A stretch of 56,600 bases of DNA, filler included, from Circinaria calcarea (taxonomy: Eukaryota), in NCBI GenBank assembly GCA_051942165.1. It is 2 parts of 2 records of this genome, joined end to end, with 100 filler letters (N's around TTAATTAATTAA, not from the genome) between each part and the next. Parts side by side here need not be neighbours in the genome. Positions count along the whole stretch, not along the records: positions 1 to 28,269 come from JAVECS010000056.1; positions 28,370 to 56,600 come from JAVECS010000057.1. The stretch is one strand, 5' to 3'. Every line of letters begins with the position of its first letter. Position 1 is the first letter of the stretch. Below the pieces are notes generated by a model that saw nothing but the letters and a program-made list of their open reading frames with translations, had not been told where the DNA came from and did no database searches. The translations under genes and the position numbers were made by a program. This document shows, piece after piece, positions 26,301 through 37,402 of this stretch.

Positions 26301-27657
26301 CCAGAGCAAGTGTGTATAGTCTCAGGAACCGTGTTCGTTGTAGTACTGACGTATCGATCACCTAGGATTCTCGGGCCGCTGTGTTCGCCAAACGCAAAAA
26401 ATGCTATGACTTGATTCATCGAGTAATCACAGCTCTAGATCGATCTGCCAGTCAAGCTCCAGATTTCGTGGATGGGCAGTTCACACTGGCGTCGAGACGA
26501 AGAGCCGAGGCTTACGATGTCATCGATACATCAGAAGACGAGGTCTTTCAGACCGATCTCTACGATTGGTATCTCGCTCAAGGTCAAGCGGATCGCCTGT
26601 TAAGCGTCAATTCACCTTACGTCGTTACGTACCTTCAACGAAAGTCGTCGGACGACATTGCTCACGCTGATCTCCTTTGGAGATATTATATTCAAGCAGA
26701 ACGGTATCACGATGCGGCCACTGTGCAGCTAGCACTTGCCAAGAGTACCTTTCCCTTATCACTTGATAGACGCATTGAATATCTCAGCCGAGCAAAAGCC
26801 AATGCATCCACGAACAAACCGGGGCTTGGCCGCCAGACACGCCAGACACTTCTCCGGGAAATCTCGGATCTGCTGGACGTGGCGAACATTCAAGACGACC
26901 TGCTACAAAGGCTCAAGGGCGACAACCGTATCGCGCAGGACAGGAAGCCAGAGGTCGTGAGAGAACTCGATGGCCCTATCTTGGGGCTAACTGAGGTATA
27001 TCAAACGATGATGGTGTGGGTTATTCTTTGGCTAATGAAGATATACAGCTGTATAATAACTACGCCGACCAGGCCGGCTATTTCGATTTGTGCATTCTAA
27101 TTTACCAAGCCGCCGATCATCGCAATCCCACGGACATTAGGGCTACATGGCAGAATCTTTTAGAACGCACCCACGAATCGACGGTGGAACGTGGCGAACC
27201 TCAACCGTACGAGGCGGTCATTGAGTCCATCCGGAGTCTTGGAAGTCGACTTAACCTATCCGGTCCCACCTTCCCGATCTCGGACCTTATTCCCATGCTC
27301 GAGAGGTATGCGTTTGAGCATCAACGTGGGTTGGGTCCTCCGACGTGGGTTATAGACACCTTCCTGGATCTGGGGGTGCCGTACGAATCAATCTGGCCTG
27401 TGCTGGGAACCCTGTTCTACAATGACGAAGCACCCTTCCATGGCCGAAATCGACGGTATATCGCCAATGATGTTTTGTATGTCGCCCAACGGTGGTTCCA
27501 CGATAGCAGTCGTGGAACCGATCACCTGTTTGGAGGAGAGCCCAACGCGTCTGAAGTACTGGAAATGCTGACAGTTCTTGAGCGGACTGCGCTGGACCAG
27601 GAGAAAGCACAGGAGAGTCAGGTGCTTAGAATGAGAATAGATCAATTGTTGCGATAA
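23396..27657 (+). CDS. NUP170: Non-repetitive inner-ring nucleoporin Nup170/Nup157 (Nup155 family; 4 exons)
   Basis: TPQRPLPGAY, YPELDTYI, FEQYNRAQVSTMMGLF, FIRLYGRSET, SPRHEGL, ALRRRCGSFCS, LDRRIEYLSRAKANAS; introns near 23703, 26310 and 26996 link the long ORFs. Confidence 0.93.
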
Positions 27658-28106
27658 GGAAAGGACTTGGGTATGGGATGGTGTCTTTGAGATTACAAAA
27701 GCTGAGCGTTGTTCTGGATTCCCTGCCGGCAGGTCATGTAAAGCGAGGTGTGCATTAGAGCAAGGAGTTCTTCGGGCGTGCCTGATAGGTTTAAAACCTT
27801 GTATCTATATATATATTTAGCCCCGCAGACCTTTGACGCGCTGGCGGTTCATCTCGCGCAATCCGTGCCTACTGGTCAAGTAGGATAGGATGTAATAGAT
27901 TGATTTATTTTTCCTTTGCTGTCGCCTTCATCACATACTGGGCCGTAGAGACGTTGTGACGATCAATCTCGGGACGACATACCCCCGGCAGTAGCTCATC
28001 CTATCCCAAAACAAGGCTACGAGCCCCCAAGTAACTGATATGCAACCATAACCTTCCATTATAAAGTGTCTACCCTCTCCCACTCTTTTCCATTCCCCCC
28101 AGTCTC

Positions 28107-28221
28107 ATGGACAAGATGGCGAAGAAGCCCAGGCATGGTAAGTTGGCATCAAGCATCTGGAACCGGAAACGCGACTTGATCTACTTGACGTTCTTCATCG
28201 TCCATATCTTTGTCATGTTCC
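28107..28221 (+). CDS. First exon of an EXPERA-domain (TMEM97/Ema19-like) membrane protein, truncated by the assembly gap
   Basis: SIWNRKRDLIYLTFFIVHIFVMF followed by donor GTACGT; the remainder falls in the gap. Confidence 0.6.
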
Positions 28222-28269
28222 GTACGTTTCCCTCAGTCTTTTTTTTACCCCCCCCCCCCCCCTTCCCCC

Positions 28270-28369
28270 NNNNNNNNNNNNNNNNNNNNNNNNNNNNNNN
28301 NNNNNNNNNNNNNTTAATTAATTAANNNNNNNNNNNNNNNNNNNNNNNNNNNNNNNNNNNNNNNNNNNN
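28270..28369. other. Artificial scaffold/contig linker (44 N + TTAATTAATTAA + 44 N)
   Basis: Exactly 100 nt, with a palindromic six-frame stop spacer at 28314-28325; preceded by a poly-C run. Confidence 0.97.
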
Positions 28370-29325
28370 GATTGTCTCCCGTGCAATGCGGCAGCACATG
28401 CCGCAGTGCCTATTTCCACCTGGCTTCCCCCGATCCTCCCAGCTACAGTCATGTAGATGAGCCGGACCCGAGTCGGGCACCTCCCATACTACCACACACT
28501 ACCAAACATATCTCCATTTCTCATCGGCCCCGCATCGCTGTCCTCCTGGGAGGTAATGCCCGCTGGCGTATTCCGCTCCTGACGTGTCGCTCGCTGAGCA
28601 CGGCCCCCGCCGTCTGGTGGGGACTCCGGTGCGCCTTGACTTTCCTGGGGGAGCTACTGGTGGGTGATGGGGGATGGCTGGGTGGGACTGCTTGGGACGT
28701 TGAAAAAAGATTTAGGGTGACGGAAGTGTTTCTAGCGATCCTATGGGTATGTCAGCTGCCTTGGAGCACTAAAGAGAGGAACCATAAGACTAACAAACGG
28801 TCGCAGTGTTCGGCATCGGCCTACTTATCATACTTTTTCACCGACTGTCTCATGTCACGGTGGTAGGCAAAGAAGGTATATTCCCCTGATGCGCAAGCCA
28901 GGCTAATGGTGAGTCAAGGCTTCTCTACTATACGCCTGGTGCGACTGTCGTCCGTTTGCTCACCACCAATGCCCTGATTGCATATATTACCTCCTGGGTC
29001 TTGTATCTGTCAGGCGCTTCGGAAGACCCACGCATGCTCCTTCCGGCGTGGGTCTCCATAGCTACGGTACGTCGAGATCGACGACCAGGTCGAGAAAGAG
29101 GAAGCCGCCTACGCTGACGCAGACCAACAGACCCTGACCCTGCTTTACCATCTCACACAGCGGAAAATCAACATCAGGAGGGAGACTTCGGCTTCGATCA
29201 GTGCCTTCTCGATTGCCAGTTTCATCAGCATGTGCTCTCTGCTGCTGCAACTTCATCTGACGCGAGAGAATGATCCGGTCGTTCCCCTCTTCGTAATGGC
29301 GCAAAGAGTATGGGATCTTCTGTGA
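28370..29325 (+). CDS. EOS1: N-glycosylation protein Eos1 (5'-partial, multi-exon)
   Basis: PRIAVLLG...WRIPLLTCRSLSTAP, RFRVTEVFLAILW|CSASAYLSYFFTDCLMSRW|LLYYTP, LLPAWVSIAT|TLTLLYHLTQRKINIRRET, FSIASFISM; stop at 29323-29325. Confidence 0.85.
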
Positions 29326-29638
29326 CTGTAGCCATGAGTCTTGGTAGATCACGTGCTATGCATATTCGATGTAACGCCAGGTAAAGCACAGTGTCCATTA
29401 CAGCAGCTACCTATCTAGTACAGTGTGCATCGTGCCTTCTGAACAAATCATAACCCACCCTCCTGCACGTAGCATTTATGCCATGTCATCCGTCAGGGGT
29501 ATCAACCAACGCCCCGTAAACGCTCCCTCTTAAACCGTCCCAAATCAGTGGAAGCGGCAAGAAGCGAAAGGATGCGCTTGTCGCAAAGACTTCTATCGGT
29601 CCACCGGAGAGGCTCGAGCAGGGCGGGCCCTGAGCGGC

Positions 29639-30350
29639 TTAGAAACCATGGACCTGATCATGCATCAGCTTCAGCGGAATCACGAGAAGGTTGCGTCCGT
29701 TGATAGGTACCTTGATGGTCTTAGCGTCGAGCTCCAGCCCTTCCTTCTTGTCGATCAAAAACTCCTGGACATCCTTGCGCTGATCGCCTTGGAGTTGGAT
29801 CACCTCGCCCATCTCAGTGTCATTGACGATGGTGCCATTGCAAGCTGGTGAAAGGGTGTGTCAGTCTGACGAGCCCTTAGTGGGTGCATTAGTAGCATAC
29901 CGAACTTCTTCTTGATAACCTTGAGGATTTTCTTCTGGTCGAATTTCTTGGGGAGACCCTGTACTGTTGTCAAGGTCTTGCGACCATTGCGTTCTAGTGA
30001 CCAGCGTCAGCCCTAACTTACCCTGGATAACAAAGCCATCTCTATGGCGGAATAGTGGATGATCGAGAGCACATACGCTGAATCCGAATGTGGATATAGT
30101 TCTGAGACTGCTTCGTCTCCCCTGTGTCTTCGTCGGCTTCGGCGAAGGGGTCTATGGGTGAGAAGGCAGTTAGCGAGATACATTCGACCAATACACCACC
30201 AGAGGACAGCGGTCTCTCAGCAGCAGCTGAAACGTGTGTACGCTGGCCATGTGCGGTTTGCGTTGGTGATGCTGCGCGAGTGGCAGGGTGGGTGAGGGGC
30301 TGCGCCAAGAATCCCCACTCACCAAAGGTCTTGAGGTTTTCGATTGACAT
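29639..30350 (-). CDS. SUI1: Translation initiation factor eIF1 (5 exons)
   Basis: MSIENLKTF|DPFAEADEDTGETKQSQNYIHIRIQ|QRNGRKTLTTVQG...KKKF|ACNGTIV...IQLQGDQRK...TIK|VHGF*. Confidence 0.97.
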
Positions 30351-30841
30351 AAACTCGTGTTTGTCTGGTGACGTGATACTAAGTGTCGGGATGATAGGTG
30401 TCTGGGTTGGGATGCTGCGATGAAGTCGTCGGCTGGTTGAGTCTAGCTGGATGTTGGATGCTTGATGCTTGCTGCCGGTGGCGTGGAGTGGAGATGGTTT
30501 GCGGATGGAAAGAGGCTGTTGGATGGTGGAATGTGTGAAAGGGCTGAGATGACTCGGAGAGAAGAGTGGGGTGAATGGCGCCATCACGTGCACGTTCCCG
30601 TTCCGGCCGCTGGATATCGGGACCGGACATTTCTATCTCCGGATTCTTTGGGCTTATCAAGTATTGTATCTCTTTGTGAAGGCTTTAGATGTCTATCTAC
30701 GTTGAGAAACGCCACCGAAGGCTTCACTAAATAAACCCCACTCGGTAATATAGAGCTGTATTCCAATAAGAGCACTGAAGATGAATATCTCATACAGAGG
30801 TAGCTAGATCATCTAGCCCCCGCGCGCCGTACTTCGCCGCC

Positions 30842-31625
30842 TTAAGAAGCTGGGATGGCCGAGGGAGCTTCGGTACCCGTTGCTGTACTGTCTGGTGGCG
30901 GTGGCAGAAAGAGTGGTAGATAAGTCTATATATCCTTTAGCATTGCTTTACCTCGAGGATATATCAAGGCGGATACCTACAACTACCAACGACATCACTG
31001 CGTCCAGGCGCACATCAGCATATGTAGACGAGGTCGTCGATGACCAAAGAACAGGCAGCAGAACGACTGTTACTCACATGCCATCCCTACGCTAATGTAT
31101 CCGGGAGTGCCTGCTGTCCGTTTCTGTTCTGGAGTCTCCGCAAGCCACGTCTGTAGGGTGAAAACCACCGAAGCCCTGTTGATCGTATATCGTCAGCTTG
31201 CACTAGAGGAGCAGTAAGTGACTCGCTGACCATCCGAGCATTCTGTATAAGGCCAGCGTCAGCAGGTGCGCCTCACCACCACTAAATATCTCACTTGTTC
31301 CTGGTGAACATCTGTGCAGTCGTCAGTAGAAGGCTTGCAAGCGGTACGGACTAGAGTCGGTTCTCACCGCAGCCATTGGCAGGGTATTGGCCAAGGTACC
31401 TGAACAAGGAATGAGCATCACTGCCGACAAGACGCCCGAGGCTTTGGTGTCGGGACACGAGTGTGCGCACTAGAAATGTCTCCATCGCTCTTCTCCTTCG
31501 GCGGTTCTACATAGGGAATGGCTACACCGAACGCCAATCAGTCAGTGGGGTGAGGTACATCGTTGATGGAGTCACGGCTCGTACTAACCGAGATCTGGTC
31601 GTCTCATGTCTTTCCTAGAAGCCAT
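30842..31625 (-). CDS. PAT complex subunit Asterix (PAT10/WDR83OS, UPF0139) homolog, 115 aa, 8 exons
   Basis: Manual splicing (exons 31625-31589, 31521-31471, 31399-31368, 31311-31295, 31242-31231, 31175-31078, 30997-30981, 30925-30842; 348 nt) gives MASRKDMRRPDLAIPYVEPPKEKSDGDISSTLANTLPMAAMFTRNKMLGWASVVFTLQTWLAETPEQKRTAGTPGYISVGMALMSLVVTYLPLFLPPPP...; all seven introns are GT-AG. Confidence 0.88.
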
Positions 31626-31746
31626 GACACAGCAGTCCAAGTTGGAGGGTCAATCTCGCGACCACATTGATATACTGGTAGTTTCTTGTTAGATATCGGA
31701 TACGTTGAGCTCTTTGGCATCTGCAGGGCTTCGGCTTCTTCGGCTA

Positions 31747-31775
31747 GGGCTTGGGCTAAGGGGAAGGCCGGGGGG
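31747..31775 (+). promoter_or_regulatory. Canonical G-quadruplex motif in the divergent Asterix/MED12 intergenic region
   Basis: GGG-CTT-GGG-CTAA-GGGG-AAGGCC-GGGGGG. Confidence 0.45.
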
Positions 31776-32068
31776 AAGGCGCCGATCTTCCGCGGCCTGC
31801 TTACTCGTAAAGGCTAGAGCGTGTACCCAGATAGCAACAGTCGGATTGCTTGGAGGCGATATGCACACCCTCTCTATTACCCAGTCTGCCCTCTTCACAA
31901 TTATCACCCAAGACCGCTGATTCCGCGGTTGGCTCGACCTTCTTCTGGTTCGTGGATTGGCGCTCCCTCAGCATCAATGATCTGTCTCCATCCCCTCCAC
32001 AAGTGCTCCTCAGGTCGATTGTTAGTCGAGTTTCCGAAGAGCCCGCTGTTGGCCAGTATGCCTGAGCC

Positions 32069-35000
32069 ATGACAACTCTCTCTACGCCTGGCATCCCGCG
32101 CCCACCTCGCCCCGGTACCATCAGCTCCGGCGGTGAGAAGCCTCCCACCCACACGGGATCGCAGGTTATCCAGCAAACCCCGAGATTCATTTCCCAACAG
32201 GTCTTCATCGACCAAAATGTTGGACCAAAGGCAACAAAAGATCTGTCACGGCCCGTAGTGAAGCGGCGGAAGGTCGACACTGATCACAGAGCTGGCGACC
32301 AACCTCCCGACGTCGCTCCGTACGAAAGGGGTCCGGGAGTATTCGGGCAGCAAGGCTTACCCGCCATCTCAGAGCCGGTGAAGTTGAAATCCCAGGCGGA
32401 AGCGAGCTTTGCAGCACCAGAAAACGATGAGATTGTTAAGCCAGCTTTCCCAGTACGGCTAAGAAGGGTTCAATATAGCAAGCGCAACGTTACTAGCAGG
32501 ACTCCGAAGATCGTTCGTAAAGAAGAGGTCCCGGATAAACCCTATAAATTAGAAATACCAACAATCGCTCCACAATATGGGAATCACGGCATGTCTCCGA
32601 GGGGGCGGATAGACTGCTACTGGTTTTATCAAGCTAACAGGTGTGCATAGCGCCGGCCGACTTCTTTCCCTGGAAGGGGAATCACCCAGAAGACGTACTC
32701 AATGAGCAATCTAGTAAATCGGGTTATTATGACCGGACGCAAGTCTCTCAGAACGAGTCTAATACTGCGCGACCGTCGGTGTGGTCCAGCCTAAAGCACA
32801 GATCTGGCTTACAAATCCTCTCTTCATTGTTCGTCTCCGCGCTTGATCAGCGACAGCTCCATGGCACAGTGACCGCCCGCTGTACATTTAAGCCGCCACC
32901 TCGGGTAACCCTGACTGAATTCAAAAGGGATGCCTGGCTAAACGACCTTGCGAATCCGACAATACCACTTCGACGGCTCAGTCGAAGTATTCCACATGGC
33001 ATCAGAGGGAAGCAACTTCTTGATCATTGTGTATCTAAGAACATCCCTGCATGGCGTGCTGTATGGCTTGCTAAGTGCGTAGGGGCGAATGAGATCCGTG
33101 CTTTTAAGAGGAAGGGGACAACCGGCGGCTTTGCGCCCAGTGGTGAAGCTAAATGGATCAAGGATTGGACAATGAGTGTAGCGCAGTTCATCGACGGTCT
33201 TTTAGAGGGCTGCGGAGCTCCAGAGTGGAAGGCAAAAATGAGCTACGGGTAAGCCCAGATCGATCTTGCTCCTATAAAAGAGATGGCCGACTAACGATGG
33301 ATTAGCTTGCACTTGGTACATAATCTTTATTCTGAACATCTGCTTGATCATGAACAGTTCCTCGACTGGGTAGTTTCATCATTCCACAGCTGTGATATTG
33401 ACAGAATACTTGTTTGGCTACTGATACTGCAGATGTACTGGAAGGAGATCTGGCAATACCGCCACCGGGGGCGGCGTGCAGCGGTGTCACTGCTCCATCA
33501 TCTCAAGATAGTAAGCCTAATGCCCCATTCGCCCCATTCCGTAATCGATGCTAATGGCGTAGGTGAACCAGCTGGATGAAATAAGGGTCTATGGATCGGT
33601 TGGGCGCCAGCTCCGCGTTTTGCTCAGGTCTTGTGTGATATCCTTTCCGGACTGTTTCGTCCTGCCAGATTGTTGGACGGATTTGAGTGCGATCCTTGCG
33701 TCCTGCTCAGACGATCAAGACGGGATCTTCAGAGCCAGCTATGAAAGACTGAAAAGGCGTAACGGTCGCCTAGTACAGTTGCGATGGAGGAATGAATCGA
33801 ATACCTATAGTTTACGGCAAACGCTCATTAGCATCCTGGACAAGTTGGCATGCGACTACAGCATCAAGGCATTGTCGGAACATTGTTTGAAGACTGTTGG
33901 CGACAGAGATTTGCTAATAACCACCATACTTGAGTGGTCGACTACAGTGTATAGGAGCAGCGCTGATCGACTTTACATTGGCGTACGACTGCTTCGGCGT
34001 TGGAGCACATCAGGAATCCGGTTACATCAGCCTATTCTGGCATTTCTCGAATCATTCCACTGCATAGCTGGGCTTCAAAAGACTGCCGTCTACAAGGTTA
34101 TAGCGGAGCTGGTTCGGTCCCGGCACTTCTCCCTCAGCAAGTATCTCCAGTGGATGATGGCCAGGGGGCTCACTGGCTCCAACTGTGAGGATCCCAACGT
34201 AAGTGAGCTGGGCACATGACCCTGTCTATTTCTAAAGAGTGTTTTAGGATAATCACTGTTACTCGGAGCTTCTTCTAGAAGTTCCCTTGTGTGGTCTGCC
34301 TAGTCATGTGCTCAGCCTGAGGCAAATATTATTGAATAGAGAGGGTTATTCCGTGGCAGAGGAGCAAAATGCGCTAAATGCTGTCAAATTCGATCTTGCC
34401 GGGCGAATGCCTGACCTGCTCGGTGCTGCTGATGTCCTTGCATCCTCTTCGCTTCGGTTGAAACCTACGGGGAGGCTTAGAGGTACAGTCAAGGCCGAAG
34501 TCAGCAGTTGGATCAGGCAGAGTGTATTTTTTCGGTCTTCCAACAGTCAAAATCCTCCGGGCGTATCAAACAAACCAACTTGCTCACCATTGACCTCGTC
34601 CGAGTTCGAGATCGTTCGTCATACATTGGAGGGTTTCGGGGAACATCCAGTACTTGCTGACGTTATCGGTCTCGCTTCTAACTCTAATAATATTCTCGTG
34701 TTGACTGCTATTGCAGATACCCTAAATTTACATTTCGATATATTTAAAGCCATTGGCGCGATTGATAACTTGTTTCATAGGCTGCTTTCTAATGCGGCAG
34801 GATGCCTTTCACACATTCCGTCTGATGCAGGACTCCTCATGTCGCTGATGGACTTGGGGAAGAGACTTCCATACGCACGTGGCGCTGTTTGCCAGCTACG
34901 CACAGAAATCAGCGTCTTCAGATCGAAGCCTACCTTGGCCGCTTGTTCACCCGTCTCAGATCATATGGCAGAAGTACTGAAATCCACCGAGACCACATTT

Positions 35001-36758
35001 GTTGAAGAAATGGACAGTCTGTTGAGCAGCGGCAACAGTATGGATCGGCAAACATTGTCACGTCTTTTTGCAACCATCACCAGGCAATTGGAGACTGCCA
35101 TTGTAAGTCATGGCCAGCCAAGCATCGGCGTTTGCAATCTTCTCGCTCATCTACGTACCTTTGACTCAGAGACTTTTGACTCTTTGCTACTGGACTGGTT
35201 GGAAAGTGCAGCGTGCATGATGAACCAGCCCAGTCTACTGTCAATCGTTTCACGGCTAGTCTGTACCGAGACCATGACCTTATCCGCCTTCGTGAACCGG
35301 ATGGGTCTATATATGAGCAAGGTCAAAGATCTCAATATAAGGTCTAGATTGGCAGTGGATGTCTTGAGTCTCTTGGTGGTGCAGTCGCTTGAGGGTATTC
35401 AATCCACCGAGCCCATTCAGAGAAGCTATCGATTCACGGATGCACAACGACGAGCCGTTGCGGAGTGCCCATCTTCGGTTGTCATCTTGATACGTAACGC
35501 TCTTGACCCAGGTGCACACCAGGAGCAACCCTTCCAATGCAGGGCCTGTGCTTTGATCATGGAAACAGGTTTTATGTTGTTGGTACAAACCATCGTCGTG
35601 AACCACGAGACGACAGGCGCGGAGCTCGAAGAACAACTACACAATCTTAATATACATAAACCACTTGATCGATTACTCGATTGTATTCTGGAACCAGAAC
35701 GGCTGCGGACCACCAGGGAATCCCACGTTGGCCTCGATCTTCACAGACTTCTGGACATCGTCAACGACTTCAATATAGATGTGTGCCATTTGAAGCTTGC
35801 ATCATTGCTAAATCGCTCACAAGCCAGCTTAGATGACACAGAGGGATCTTCTGGAAAAGATATTGCGATACTGGTTCAGGAGGCTATATCGTCCACTAGA
35901 AGTCGGTCGACTTGGCTTCAACTAATCGCCAAACTCTCACATAACCAAGCAATCCAATTCCGCGAACAAGCAGTAAGAAAAGTTCTTGCGGCATTTCCTA
36001 ACATGGAAATCACATGGCAGTACACCGCAGATGAGCTAGAACAACAAAGGTCCATCAGAGATGGACTTATTGCTAGCTTAAATGCAATCGAGCATAGGAT
36101 GCTTGACAGTGAGCCAATTTCTATCATTACTGACCTTGAAGAGAAAGTCGGCAAACTCAAGGGGTTGCCCTTGCTAGGTATAGCAAGCAAAGACAGGAAG
36201 CATGAATCCTACCTATGGAAATCCCATGAGGATAGCCGTGGTTTAGACGTGTTATGTGCCTGGATCGACATACTATTACGCCTGATAAACATGCACCGAA
36301 ACATGCTACGACACCCTACTTTGTCAACGACTATCCTGCCTCATCTTGTCCTCGACCTCAGTCTCCTCCTTGTCAGTCCTGCACTGACCTCTCATGTTAC
36401 TCTTTCCATCGATATCTTCGACACCGTAGCCCTTCTCTCCGATTGCCTTTCATCCGAGACCCGGTCCCTCTGTATCCGGGCCCTGCGCAACCAATACCAG
36501 CTCCGAGATCCGCGGCTACAGTTCCTGATTGGCTACTCCGACAGTTCTGCCGACAGCTGGTTGCATCTAGTTACGCCCGGTACTGTCCTGGGTACCGCTC
36601 TCTCTGGTTCGCAAAGTAAGGAGGAGACTGCGACAACGAGATCGGCGCCGTTCCCATTACGTCGGTGGGAAATGATAGAAGATACTTCTCTTATGGTAGG
36701 TGAGAACGACACGGCCCTCAGCCTCAGCCTTTTCGGGGCGAGGAAAGCTATTATATAA
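32069..36758 (+). CDS. SRB8: Mediator kinase-module subunit Med12 (5 exons; first intron GC-AG)
   Basis: ADFFPWKGNHPED, FKPPPRVTLT...WLNDLANPTIPLRRLSRSIPHGIRGK, RAVWLAKCVGANE (Med12 domain), ACSPVSDHM, PFPLRRWE...GENDTALSLSLFGARK. Confidence 0.93.
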
Positions 36759-37402
36759 TTTCCATTTCCTTGGCTACAGATACGGTATTTACGACTATAC
36801 GGAGGTTTTATGTGACATACGATGATTTTTTTATCTTTAAGGTAGACCTTGGAGTCTTTTAGCGAAACGCATTGGGTGGCGCATAGATCACGGTGGAAGT
36901 CTGGCTACTGGTTATTAGTCTACACCAGGGGAGTGGACTGAACCAAGGCGAGGCCGATTTGCACGGCTAATGCTATCAAAGAACCGATAGTCATAAGACC
37001 GACGCAGAACCAAAGTTCTTGTTAGCATCATGATCATAACACAGACATTGTGACCCTAATAGTGCTTCATGTCCGACGCTATCCACACCTGCCCCTTGTT
37101 TAACATCATCTGCTCCAGAAAAACTTAGCGTAGCGCGGGGAATCAGGAGAATCGGTAATCCGAAGTTGATCAGTCAGAAAGATTGGCGTCACCTCACGGA
37201 TGGATGTGTCAATACATAGTTCGAAAAGACATCCGCCGCGCTCCAGGTGCCATCAATGCTGACAATGTTCAAATCCACCAATTCGAGAAATCTTCTTAGT
37301 GCATGGCAACATCAAGATGAGAGGCCTTGACCCCATAGAAAGAAGAGCAAAGATATCCCGAAGCCAAAATTGACAAGGATGCATAGTTCCCATCTTCCAG
37401 TT

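Noticed and set aside
8231..27657. Nur1/Mug154, SEH1 and NUP170 as a nuclear-envelope gene cluster
   Set aside because: They are interspersed with unrelated genes over 19 kb, and no shared motif is visible.
28314..28325. TTAATTAATTAA palindrome as a piggyBac target site or biological repeat
   Set aside because: It is centred in symmetric N runs and is a standard six-frame stop linker, so it is an assembly artefact.
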